NCBI RefSeq assembly: GCF_001457595.1
Contig: NZ_LN831039.1
Span: 810,001-842,000, forward strand
Source of the DNA: Mycolicibacterium smegmatis
Lineage (GTDB): Bacteria > Actinomycetota > Actinomycetes > Mycobacteriales > Mycobacteriaceae
Length of the DNA: 32,000 bases
Direction of reading: 5' to 3'
Position numbers and translations under genes: made by a program. The notes beneath the pieces were generated by a model. The model was not told the DNA's origin, ran no database searches, and was given only the letters and a program-made list of their open reading frames with translations. The first letter of the stretch is position 1, and every line of letters begins with the position of its first letter. Below, piece after piece: positions 16,754 to 27,175 of this stretch.

Positions 16754-17230
16754 TCAGTTGCCGGGGGCGGGATACAGGGTGCGTGTCACGTTGGTGCGCG
16801 GCCGGTTCCGTGACGTCGACGTCTCGCCGTCGTCGTCACTGGTCTGCGACCGGGTTCGTGGCGGGGTCCGGGGAGCCGACGACTCCGACGTGGTCTCCTC
16901 GCCCTCCGACGGTGGCGTCTCCGTCCCCGATGGGTCGGCGCCTTCCGGAGGAAGACCGATATCGGTGGTCGCCGGCGGGCTGGTGCTGGTGATCGTCGAC
17001 GTCGTGGACGACGTCGTGCTCGACGTGGTCGACGCGTACGTCGGCTCTACGAAATCGAGGGGCGCCTGCTGAGGGTTCTCGGCGCCGCTCGTGAGCGCCA
17101 CAACACCCCACACCACCAGTGCGATGACCGCCAGCGCGGCCACGCTGGCGCCGAGGACCGCAGGTGTCGAGTGATGCCAGGGCGCCTCGGTTGTCTGCCC
17201 TTGCCGATCTCGGTCTGCGGTCACGCGCAC
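16754..17230 (-). CDS. Single-pass membrane protein with Ser/Thr-rich tail
   Basis: 158 aa. APWHHSTPAVLGASVAALAVIALVVWGVVALTS followed by TTSSTTSSTTSTITST. GTG start. Confidence 0.65.
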   Translation of the reverse strand: MRVTADRDRQGQTTEAPWHHSTPAVLGASVAALAVIALVVWGVVALTSGAENPQQAPLDFVEPTYASTTSSTTSSTTSTITSTSPPATTDIGLPPEGADPSGTETPPSEGEETTSESSAPRTPPRTRSQTSDDDGETSTSRNRPRTNVTRTLYPAPGN

Positions 17231-17264
17231 TGATACTAGTGCGGGGTGCTGTGGTGGGCGCGCG

Positions 17265-18197
17265 TCAACTGAACTGGCGTACCACTTCGTTGGCGAAGAA
17301 CTCGACGTGATCCAGATCGCTCATGTCCAGCACCTGCAGGTAGACCCGCTGGACACCGGCCTCGATGAACGGGCCGAGCTTGTCGACGATCTCGGTCGAG
17401 GTGCCCACCAGCGGTGAATTGCTCCGCAACTCGTCGACCTCGCGACCGATCGCGGCGGCACGTTTGGCGATCTGGGCCTCGTCGGCACCCGCGCACAGCA
17501 CGAACGCCGCGGAGTAGATCATCGAATCCGCGGAACGCCCGGCACCCTCGACGGCGGCCGCCACGCGCTCGAACTGCGTCTTGAGCGTGTCCAGCGGGAC
17601 GAAGGGGATGTTGAACTCGGAGGCGAACTGTGCGGCCAGCGCGGGTGTGCGCTTGGCGCCCTGGCCACCGATGATGATCGGCGGATGCGGCGTCTGAACC
17701 GGCTTGGGCAGGCCCGGCGAATCCTTCACCGTGTAGTGCGTGCCCGCGAAGTCGAAGGTGTCGCCGACCGGGGTTCCCCACATGCCGGTGAGGATCTGAA
17801 GCTGCTCGGTGAGCCGGTCGAAACGCTCACCCAGCGGCGGGAAGGGGATGGCATACGCCAGGTGCTCCTCCTCGAACCATCCGGCGCCGAGGCCGAGTTC
17901 GACACGCCCACCGCTCATCTCGTCGACCTGGGCCACCGAGATGGCCAGCGGGCCCGGGTAGCGGAAGGTGGCCGAGGTGACCATGGTGCCCAGCCGGATC
18001 GTCGAGGTCTCACGCGCGATGCCGGCCAGCGTCACCCACGAATCGGTGGGGCCCGGCAGGCCGTCACCGGCCATCTTCAGGTAATGGTCGGAACGGAAGA
18101 ACGCCGAATAACCGAGCCGCTCGGCGGCCTGCGCCACGGCGAGCTGGTCGGAGTAGGTAGCACCTTGCTGGGGTTCGACGAAGACACGGAAATCCAC
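17265..18197 (-). CDS. LLM-class (luciferase-like) F420-dependent oxidoreductase
   Basis: MDFRVFVEPQQGATYSDQLAVAQAAERLGYSAFFRSDHYLKMAGD and VELGLGAGWFEEEHLAYAIPFPPLGERFDRLTEQL. GTG start at 18197 is preferred to the extended ORF reaching 18320. Confidence 0.88.
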   Translation of the reverse strand: MDFRVFVEPQQGATYSDQLAVAQAAERLGYSAFFRSDHYLKMAGDGLPGPTDSWVTLAGIARETSTIRLGTMVTSATFRYPGPLAISVAQVDEMSGGRVELGLGAGWFEEEHLAYAIPFPPLGERFDRLTEQLQILTGMWGTPVGDTFDFAGTHYTVKDSPGLPKPVQTPHPPIIIGGQGAKRTPALAAQFASEFNIPFVPLDTLKTQFERVAAAVEGAGRSADSMIYSAAFVLCAGADEAQIAKRAAAIGREVDELRSNSPLVGTSTEIVDKLGPFIEAGVQRVYLQVLDMSDLDHVEFFANEVVRQFS

Positions 18198-18216
18198 GGG
18201 GCCCAGCCTATAGAAG

Positions 18217-18840
18217 CTAGAGGCCCCGGCGCGCGGCCCGCAGGGCGGCGATGCTGTTCTCGTCACCGGTGAACTCGACCCGCACCTGATCGCGGCCCGC
18301 GACGAACAGCAGAAGTTCACCCGGCGCCCCGGTCACGGTGACGGCCGGGCCCTTTCCGGCGGTGGCCAACGTCTTGCCCTCAGGGGTGGTCAACGCCACC
18401 CGGACCGGGGACTTCGCCATGGTCATCCGCGCCATCATCGGCACCTGCCGGGCCACGGCATTGGCGGTCTCGTCGTCGAGAACCCTTGGTTCCCAGTCAG
18501 GTTGGGCGCGCCGCACATCCTCGTGGTGGATGAACATCTCGGCGACGTTCACCAATGGATCCAGCAGCTTGAACGGCGACAACAGCGGAGGCCCGGACGC
18601 GATGCGCTCCAGCAGCGCCGACCAGTCCGTCGAATCGGTGACCTGCTGCTGCACCTTCTCGGTGTACCCGGCAAGTTGTGGCACCAGGATTCCGGGTGCG
18701 GCGTCGAGACGACGCTCACGCACCACCAGATGCGCGGCCAGATCCCGCGTGGTCCAGCCCTCACACAGCGTGGGGGCGTCCGGTCCGGTGGCCCGCATGG
18801 CCTCGACGAGTGCGGCGCGTTCGCGCTGAGCTACAGACAT
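18217..18840 (-). CDS. TIGR03085-like / mycothiol-dependent maleylpyruvate isomerase-like (DinB-fold) protein
   Basis: MSVAQRERAALVEAMRATGPDAPTLCEGWTTRDLAAHLVVRERRLDAAPG with FIHHEDVRRA. Confidence 0.8.
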   Translation of the reverse strand: MSVAQRERAALVEAMRATGPDAPTLCEGWTTRDLAAHLVVRERRLDAAPGILVPQLAGYTEKVQQQVTDSTDWSALLERIASGPPLLSPFKLLDPLVNVAEMFIHHEDVRRAQPDWEPRVLDDETANAVARQVPMMARMTMAKSPVRVALTTPEGKTLATAGKGPAVTVTGAPGELLLFVAGRDQVRVEFTGDENSIAALRAARRGL

Positions 18841-18910
18841 GCGCGATCCGCCTTCGGCTCTTCGCTCACCGACATGCGCGATCCGCCTTCGGCTCTTCGC
18901 TCACCGACAT
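18841..18910. repeat. Two perfect tandem copies of a 35-bp unit abutting a start codon
   Basis: GCGCGATCCGCCTTCGGCTCTTCGCTCACCGACAT at 18841-18875 and 18876-18910. Confidence 0.97.
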
Positions 18911-18943
18911 GTGTTTTGCCTCCCGCAGGACGTCGTGTCTGAA

Positions 18944-19483
18944 TCAGAAGACCTGTACCCCTTCGACGGCCACAACCATCCCGTGGCCGGTGCCGTCATT
19001 GGTGAAGCGCGTACCGTCGCTGCTCGCATCGATCGTCCACCCCAGCGCGCTGTAACGCTTGTAGTCCAGCGTCACCGCGGGGATGGCGCCGAGGTTGCCG
19101 ACGATCCACCGCATCTTCCCGCTTGCACTCAGTTGTACGCCGTTGGCGGGCAGGCCGTCGACCACCGGGGCGTTCGCGAAGTCCGACTCGCAGCCGACAT
19201 CCTGCTTGGACAGCTGGCAGCGTGTCCTGCCGGACTTGGTCTCGATGAAGACGTAGCCGTTCTGCGGCTGCAGTGGGGTCGCGCCCGTCGGCGGTTTCGC
19301 ACTCGGTGGCGCGGCCACGGTCGAACTGGGGGCGGGGCTCGACCTGGTCGGCCGGGGAGTCGGGAAGTTCGGCTCGATGGGCGTGATCGCCTTGGTCACC
19401 GGTTTGCCCTCGATCGCGGAATGGCATCCGACGAGAAGCCCGCCCACCGACAGCAGACACCCGAGCAGCAACCGCACCTTCAT
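18944..19483 (-). CDS. lpqJ: LpqJ-like lipoprotein
   Basis: 179 aa. Signal peptide and lipobox MKVRLLLGCLLSVGGLLVGCHS. Same relative order as Rv0344c after iniC, with insertions. Confidence 0.75.
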   Translation of the reverse strand: MKVRLLLGCLLSVGGLLVGCHSAIEGKPVTKAITPIEPNFPTPRPTRSSPAPSSTVAAPPSAKPPTGATPLQPQNGYVFIETKSGRTRCQLSKQDVGCESDFANAPVVDGLPANGVQLSASGKMRWIVGNLGAIPAVTLDYKRYSALGWTIDASSDGTRFTNDGTGHGMVVAVEGVQVF

Positions 19484-19535
19484 CGCCCGGATTTTCCACC
19501 GCGAAAGTGACGGAGATGTCGTCGGCGCGCCGGTG

Positions 19536-20861
19536 TCACGACAATTGCGTCGAACTCGTTATGCGCAGCGGGTGGTTGGTGCGGGTCAGCAGGAAACCGC
19601 CGATCCCCACGACCGCGACGGCGGCGTTGACCACAATCACCGGGGTCCAGCCCAGGTCGCGGGCGAGCACGGGCGCGAGCGTGGGCACAATGGCCGCGGC
19701 GACGAAACCCCAAGCGTTCATCCAGCTGCCGACCGCTGCGGTGTGGGCACGCCCGATGTCGGTGGCGATGGTCCACGCCAGGGTCTGCGCGAATCCCGCC
19801 CCACCGAGTGCGACGCTCAGCCAGATCACGCTGACCAGCACACTGCCGCTGGTCAGGCTCACCACCAGGCACACGGCGGCAAGTGTCAGTCCCGCCACCG
19901 CGACCAGATTCCTCGCCTGGAACCTCGACCGCCCGGCGCGCAACAACCGGTCGCTGACCAGACCGGCGACGAGGACACTGACCGTGATGCAGGCGAACGC
20001 GATGCTGGTGTACCTGCCCACCGCGGAGAATGGCACGGCCAGCGCGTGCTGCAGGTAATACGGCAGCCAGTAGACGAAGAACTGGATGGTCCACAGCGTT
20101 CCGAAGAACCCGACCGCCAGAGCCCAGAAAGACCGCTGTCGCAGGAACAGTCGCCATGGAGCGCCACCCGAGGTGGGCGGGAGGTCGGTGCCGTCCTCGA
20201 TCAGGCGTACCTCGGCATCGTTGGTCTTCGCGTGCTGTGCAGGATGATCGCGCAGGAACACGTGCGACGCCACGGTGAGGACACCGCCGACGACCGCGCA
20301 GGTGAAGAATGCGCCGCGCCACGACAGGTGGCCGATGATCGGCACGAGGAGCACCGCGCCGATCGCGGTTCCGAGGAAAGCGCCCGAGTTCATCAGGGAC
20401 GTGGCCTTGCCGCGCTCCCGTGGCGGGAACCACCTGGCGAAAATGCTGTTGGCGGTGGGGAACAGGGGAGCTTCCCCGGCTCCGAAGGCCAAGCGGCTCA
20501 ACGCCAGCATCAGCAGGCCGTTGGCGATGCCGGTCATGCCCGTGAACACCGACCACAGCAGCAACGCCACGGTCATGGCGCGGCGGGTGCCTGCCCGCTC
20601 GATGAATATGCCCGCGGGGATCTGGAACACGAAGTAGCCCACGTTGAACAGCGTGGTGATGAGGCCGAACTGCACTGGCGTGAGGTGCAGGTCTTCCATG
20701 ATCGAGGTGGCCGAGACCGAGAACACGATGCGGTCCAGGTAGGCCACGAAGCAGATCACGAAGACGAGGGCGCCCACGTACCAGCGGATCCGGGTCGGTC
20801 GCCCAGTGGTTCTGGAAGTGCTTGCGGTCGTTGGGATGTGCGTCTCGTCGTTGAGAGTCAT
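19536..20861 (-). CDS. MFS transporter, anion:cation symporter-like
   Basis: 441 aa. About 12 TM helices; VAYLDRIVFSVSATSIMEDLHLTPVQFGLITTLFNVGYFVFQIPAGIFIERAGTRRAM. Confidence 0.88.
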   Translation of the reverse strand: MTLNDETHIPTTASTSRTTGRPTRIRWYVGALVFVICFVAYLDRIVFSVSATSIMEDLHLTPVQFGLITTLFNVGYFVFQIPAGIFIERAGTRRAMTVALLLWSVFTGMTGIANGLLMLALSRLAFGAGEAPLFPTANSIFARWFPPRERGKATSLMNSGAFLGTAIGAVLLVPIIGHLSWRGAFFTCAVVGGVLTVASHVFLRDHPAQHAKTNDAEVRLIEDGTDLPPTSGGAPWRLFLRQRSFWALAVGFFGTLWTIQFFVYWLPYYLQHALAVPFSAVGRYTSIAFACITVSVLVAGLVSDRLLRAGRSRFQARNLVAVAGLTLAAVCLVVSLTSGSVLVSVIWLSVALGGAGFAQTLAWTIATDIGRAHTAAVGSWMNAWGFVAAAIVPTLAPVLARDLGWTPVIVVNAAVAVVGIGGFLLTRTNHPLRITSSTQLS

Positions 20862-20879
20862 CTGATGTCCTGGTCGTTT

Positions 20880-21491
20880 CTAGTTTCCGAGCCCGGTGGG
20901 GTCGAACTGGTAGAGGTCGATGGTCGTCGCGCCCTGCCGCAACGCGGATATGACCTGCTCCTCTTTGCGGATACGTGCGTCCGCACGTTCGAGGATTTCC
21001 GGAACCTGCTCGGCGGGAAGGGATACGACGCCGTCCGCGTCACCGACCACCAGATCGCCCGTTCGTACCTTGACGCCGCCGACGCGGACGGGGCGGCCCA
21101 GCACCCCCGGATAGGACTTGCCGGTGCCGCGGATCGCCAGGCCCCGCGAGAACACCGGGAACCGGAGGTTCTCCTGCTCGACGCTGTCGCGGACCGCTCC
21201 GTCGATGACGAGTCCGCGGATCCCGCGCGACATTGCGGCGACTGCCAGGATCTCGCCCCAGTGCCCGAAGGCCTGTCCGCCGGCGTCGACCACGAGGACG
21301 TGCCCCGGCGGGCACTTGCACACGGCGTTGTGCAGCGCGAGGTTGTCGCCGCCGACGCCTTGAACGGTGAAGGCCGGGCCGGCAACCCGGGCACCCCGCC
21401 AGACCGGTGCGATGGCGGGATCCAGCGCGACGTCGCGTTGTGCAGCCTCCAGAAGTGTCGCGGAGGTGTGGTTGGTGAACAGGTCGCTCAT
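20880..21491 (-). CDS. RraA-like / 4-hydroxy-4-methyl-2-oxoglutarate aldolase family protein (copy 1)
   Basis: MSDLFTNHTSATLLEAAQRDVALDP, IRGLVIDGAVRDSVE. ATG at 21491 forms an ATGA overlap with the upstream gene. Confidence 0.85.
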   Translation of the reverse strand: MSDLFTNHTSATLLEAAQRDVALDPAIAPVWRGARVAGPAFTVQGVGGDNLALHNAVCKCPPGHVLVVDAGGQAFGHWGEILAVAAMSRGIRGLVIDGAVRDSVEQENLRFPVFSRGLAIRGTGKSYPGVLGRPVRVGGVKVRTGDLVVGDADGVVSLPAEQVPEILERADARIRKEEQVISALRQGATTIDLYQFDPTGLGN

Positions 21492-22147
21492 CCCGCACTC
21501 CTGGTCTGCAGCGTGTGGTATCCGAACCTGCGGCGGGCTTCGGCGAGAGGTGTTCCCGCGATCGTGGTCTCGACGATCACGGTCTCGATGCGCTCGATGT
21601 GTTCGGCGAGATCCAGCGTCGCGTCGATGTGTGGGGCGGGTACGACGACGACGCCGTCGGCGTCGGCGTGGACGTAGTCGCCCGGGTTGATCGTGACCTC
21701 GTCGATCACCACGGGCGTCTGGACCGCGACGCAACGCACCCGGTCTTTACCCGTACGCATGAATCGTCCTGCGGCCCAAAGGGAGTAGCCCACCTCTTGC
21801 GAGGCCGTGACGTCACGGCAGACCCCGTTGATCACGGTTCCGGCGATGCCCCGCGCCGCGGCGACCCGACTCATGATGCCGCCCCACACGGTGCAGTCCA
21901 GGCGGCCCGCGTTGTCGATCACGACGGCGCTTCCGCGAGGGACGTCGTCGAGGAAGTCGCCCACGGTCCCGTCGTCACCGGCGACGGGCTCGTACCGGAC
22001 GGTGAACGCGGTTCCCGTGAGGGTCGACCCGGTGACACGGCCGATGCCGGCCAGCGAACCCGGCAGGCCCTGCGCGTCAAGTGCGTCCGACACGGCCGCG
22101 GTCGGCAGGGCGCTCAATCGCTCGGTCGGTGTTCTGGTGCTCGTCAT
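21488..22147 (-). CDS. RraA-like family protein (copy 2)
   Basis: MTSTRTPTERLSALPTAAVSDALDAQGLPGSLAG, GIAGTVINGVCRDVTA. ATG at 22147. Confidence 0.85.
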   Translation of the reverse strand: MTSTRTPTERLSALPTAAVSDALDAQGLPGSLAGIGRVTGSTLTGTAFTVRYEPVAGDDGTVGDFLDDVPRGSAVVIDNAGRLDCTVWGGIMSRVAAARGIAGTVINGVCRDVTASQEVGYSLWAAGRFMRTGKDRVRCVAVQTPVVIDEVTINPGDYVHADADGVVVVPAPHIDATLDLAEHIERIETVIVETTIAGTPLAEARRRFGYHTLQTRSAG

Positions 22148-22178
22148 ATCGCCTTTCTGGGAGTTCAGGGGCAGTGCC

Positions 22179-22197
22179 ATTCTCATTTGCGATGAAT
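22179..22197. promoter_or_regulatory. LysR-type T-N11-A-like dyad ATTC-N11-GAAT in the divergent RraA/LysR region
   Basis: ATTC TCATTTGCGAT GAAT lies between divergent starts at 22147 and 22267. Confidence 0.4.
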
Positions 22198-22266
22198 ACG
22201 GGAGTCGAATAACAATCCGGAATGAAAAGATGTGGTCTGCGTATACCTACGGACGACGGGACCGGG

Positions 22267-23220
22267 ATGGACCTGAAGGGGCTCAACGCGCTCTTGGTGG
22301 TGGCGGATGCGGGCAGCGTCACCAAGGCCGCGCGGATCCTGCACGTCGAGCAGCCTGCGGTGAGCCGCCAGATCAAGCTGCTCGAAACGGAGTTGGGCGT
22401 GGCTTTGTTCGAGCGCAGCAGGCGTGGGATGGTGCTCACCGACGCGGGGCGCATACTCGTCGAGCGCGCGCGGCGGGTGGTCGACGAACTGGAGAAGGCC
22501 GAAGCGGAGCTGCGTGCGGAGGTGTCGGGGGTCCGTGGGATCGTGAGCGTCGGAATCCTGGACAGTGTCACCGATCTCGTGGCCGAGGAGTTGGTCTCCG
22601 ATGTGCGGCGCAGATATCCGAACGTGCGGTTGCGGGTGTTCACGGCGTTCGCCGGGCAGTTGCGAAGTTGGCTGTACGACGGCGAGCTGGACGTCGCTCT
22701 GCTGTTCGGAGTGACGGATCAGACAGCGTTGAAAACGCTTCCCGTGGCATCGGAAAAGCTGTGGGCCGTCGCGCCGAAAGAGGCTGTGCTGCAACCCGAC
22801 ATCCCAGTCGGGTTCGACGAGATCGCCCGTCACCCGCTGATCGTGCCGGTCCGTGGAAACGCTCTTCGCTCACTCGTCGATGAAGCCGCCGCCCGCGCCG
22901 GAGTGGACATCGACATCTCGGTCGAGACCAACGCATCGCGGGTGCAGAAGAACCTGGTGGCGGCCGGGCACGGCTGGGCGGTGCTTCCCGCGATCTGCCT
23001 CTCCGATGAGATGACGTCCGGCAAGTTCTCCCTGGCGCCACTGGCCGAGGCCATGGCGATGCGTGAACTTGTGCTGGCGACGCCGCGCACGAACCGGTCG
23101 ACAGGTGCGGTGCGAGCCGTGGCGGGGGCTTTGTTGCGGATCCTGCACGGGGCGGCACTCGAAGGGCGGTGGCCGTCGGTGGTGTGGCATCTCGGTGAGG
23201 AGCCCGAGGCGCGGGTGTGA
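22267..23220 (+). CDS. LysR-family transcriptional regulator
   Basis: MDLKGLNALLVVADAGSVTKAARILHVEQPAVSRQIKLLETELGVALFERSRRGMVLTDAG. ATG at 22267. Confidence 0.92.
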   Translation: MDLKGLNALLVVADAGSVTKAARILHVEQPAVSRQIKLLETELGVALFERSRRGMVLTDAGRILVERARRVVDELEKAEAELRAEVSGVRGIVSVGILDSVTDLVAEELVSDVRRRYPNVRLRVFTAFAGQLRSWLYDGELDVALLFGVTDQTALKTLPVASEKLWAVAPKEAVLQPDIPVGFDEIARHPLIVPVRGNALRSLVDEAAARAGVDIDISVETNASRVQKNLVAAGHGWAVLPAICLSDEMTSGKFSLAPLAEAMAMRELVLATPRTNRSTGAVRAVAGALLRILHGAALEGRWPSVVWHLGEEPEARV

Positions 23221-23224
23221 GCGG

Positions 23225-23255
23225 CGGCCCTCCCCACGCATAGAGGGGAGGGCCG
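23225..23255. terminator. 11-bp perfect hairpin downstream of the LysR gene
   Basis: CGGCCCTCCCC (23225-23235) / GGGGAGGGCCG (23245-23255), starting 4 nt after the stop at 23220. Confidence 0.7.
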
Positions 23256-23342
23256 TTCGGCGTACATGCCTATGTGACCTATGTCGCGTGGATGGCGTGG
23301 GAACAAATCCTGACCTGCGCTCGTTGACGAAAACGACAGCAA

Positions 23343-23371
23343 GTTGAGTGACATAGACTCAAGTCTAGATT
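23343..23371 (+). promoter_or_regulatory. HAIR-like HspR operator overlapping the putative dnaK promoter
   Basis: GTTGAGT-GACATAG-ACTCAAG (23343-23363) matches the CTTGAGT-N7-ACTCAAG HAIR element except for the first base. Putative -35 TTGAGT (23344-23349) and -10 TAGATT (23366-23371), 16-bp spacer. Confidence 0.85.
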
Positions 23372-23445
23372 GACAGCCGGTAGAGGGGCGGAGCAGACTT
23401 GAGCGCAGTCCGCTCAGACCCCTATATCTATCAGGAGGCAAGAAC

Positions 23446-25310
<1,865 letters not shown>

Positions 25311-25314
<4 letters not shown>

Positions 25315-25961
25315 CTCAGGACGATTCGCACGAGCCGGTGACCATCACCGACAAACGGCGCATCGATCCCGAGACCGGTGAGGTTCGTGAGCCGGCGGCG
25401 ACCCCGCAAGGGTCGGCGCCGGCCTCGGCCGCACCGGAAACGGGTGGCGACAGCGACGAGGTCACCGAACTGAAGGCCACGCTGCAGCGGGTCAAGGCCG
25501 AGTACGACAACTACCGCAAGCGGGCGCTGCGCGATCAGCAGCTCATCGCCGAGCGGACGAAGGCCAACGTGGTCAGCGAGTTGTTGGGCGTGCTCGACGA
25601 CCTCGACCGTGCTCGCAGCCACGGCGACCTGGAATCCGGCCCACTCAAGGCGGTTGCCGACAAGCTCGTCAGCACCCTTGAGGGCCTGGGCCTTTCTGCG
25701 TTCGGCGAGGAGGGCGACGAGTTCGACCCGCAGCTGCACGAGGCCGTGCAGCACGAGGGCGACGGTACGCACCCCGTGGTCGGAACTGTCATGCGTCGCG
25801 GCTACCGGGTGGGCGAGCAGGTCATCCGGCACGCCATGGTCGGCGTCGTCGACACCGTTCCGGACAACGCCTCCGAGGACGGATCCGGCGCCCAGCCGGA
25901 GGACGGCTCTGGGGATAAACCCGACGCCGCGGCAGAACAGGCCGCAGAATCAGACAATTAG
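25311..25961 (+). CDS. grpE: Nucleotide exchange factor GrpE
   Basis: 216 aa. GTGA overlap with the dnaK stop; [24 protein letters not shown]; [18 protein letters not shown]. Confidence 0.97.
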
Positions 25962-26002
25962 ACAGATCCGACTAGAAAGAAGAGGTAAGGAGGTGGCGCA
26001 GC

Positions 26003-27175
26003 ATGGCCCAACGCGAGTGGGTCGAGAAGGATTTCTACAAAGAACTCGGCGTCTCCTCTGACGCCAGCGCCGACGAGATCAAGAAGGCCTATCGGAAACT
26101 GGCCGCCGAGCTGCACCCTGACCGGAACTCCGATCCTGGAGCCGCGGAGCGGTTCAAGGCGGTGTCCGAGGCGAACAGTGTTCTGTCGGACCCCGCTAAG
26201 CGCAAGGAGTATGACGAGACCCGGCGGTTGTTCGCAGGTGGTTTCGGTCGCAGGTTCAATCAGGGCGGCGGCGGATTCGGAGGCGGTTTCGGTTCCGACG
26301 GAGTCGAATTCAACCTCGGCGACCTGTTCGACGCTGCCGGGCAGACCGGTGGCGCGAACATCGGCGACCTCTTCGGCGGACTGTTCGGCCGCGGCCCCCA
26401 GCAGCGGCCGAGCCGTCCGCGTCGCGGCAACGACCTGGAGACCGAGACCGAACTGTCGTTCCTGGAGGCCACCAAGGGCGTGGCCATGCCGCTGCGGCTG
26501 ACCAGCCCGGCGCCGTGCACCAACTGCCACGGCAGCGGTGCACGGCCGGGCACCAGTCCGAAGGTGTGCCCGAGCTGTAACGGCTCCGGCGTGATCAGCC
26601 GCAACCAGGGCGCTTTCGGTTTCTCCGAACCCTGCACCGAGTGTCGTGGTAGCGGCTCGATCATCGAGCATCCCTGCCAGGAATGCCGGGGCACCGGCGT
26701 CACCACCAGGACCCGCACCATCAACGTGCGGATTCCCCCCGGTGTCGAGGACGGTCAGCGCATCCGGCTGGCCGGGCAGGGCGAGGCGGGCCTGCGCGGC
26801 GCGCCGTCCGGTGACCTCTACGTCACCGTGCACGTGCGTCCCGACAAGGTGTTCGGGCGCGACGGCGACGACCTGACCGTCACGGTTCCCGTGAGTTTCC
26901 ACGAACTGGCGCTCGGGACAACGCTTTCGGTCCCCACACTCGACGGCAAGGTCGGAGTTCGGGTGCCCAAGGGCACCTCGGACGGCCGGATCCTCCGCGT
27001 CCGCGGACGCGGTGTGCCCAAGCGGTCGGGTGGCCACGGGGATCTACTGGTCACCGTGAAGGTCGCGGTGCCACCGAACCTGGAAGGTGAAGCGGCAGAA
27101 GCGCTGGAGGCTTACGCGAAAGCTGAGCGTGCCAGCGGATTCGATCCGCGTGCTGGATGGGCGGGGAATGTATGA
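26003..27175 (+). CDS. dnaJ: Chaperone DnaJ (DnaJ1)
   Basis: 390 aa. J domain with HPD, Gly-rich region, four CxxCxGxG-type zinc motifs (one as CTNCHGSG). SD AAGGAGGT. Confidence 0.98.
   Translation: MAQREWVEKDFYKELGVSSDASADEIKKAYRKLAAELHPDRNSDPGAAERFKAVSEANSVLSDPAKRKEYDETRRLFAGGFGRRFNQGGGGFGGGFGSDGVEFNLGDLFDAAGQTGGANIGDLFGGLFGRGPQQRPSRPRRGNDLETETELSFLEATKGVAMPLRLTSPAPCTNCHGSGARPGTSPKVCPSCNGSGVISRNQGAFGFSEPCTECRGSGSIIEHPCQECRGTGVTTRTRTINVRIPPGVEDGQRIRLAGQGEAGLRGAPSGDLYVTVHVRPDKVFGRDGDDLTVTVPVSFHELALGTTLSVPTLDGKVGVRVPKGTSDGRILRVRGRGVPKRSGGHGDLLVTVKVAVPPNLEGEAAEALEAYAKAERASGFDPRAGWAGNV

Noticed and set aside
26178-27054. ORFs antisense to dnaJ (including the long 25958-27037 frame)
   Set aside because: DnaJ zinc-finger and J-domain motifs are intact on the plus strand. 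The opposite frames have no support.
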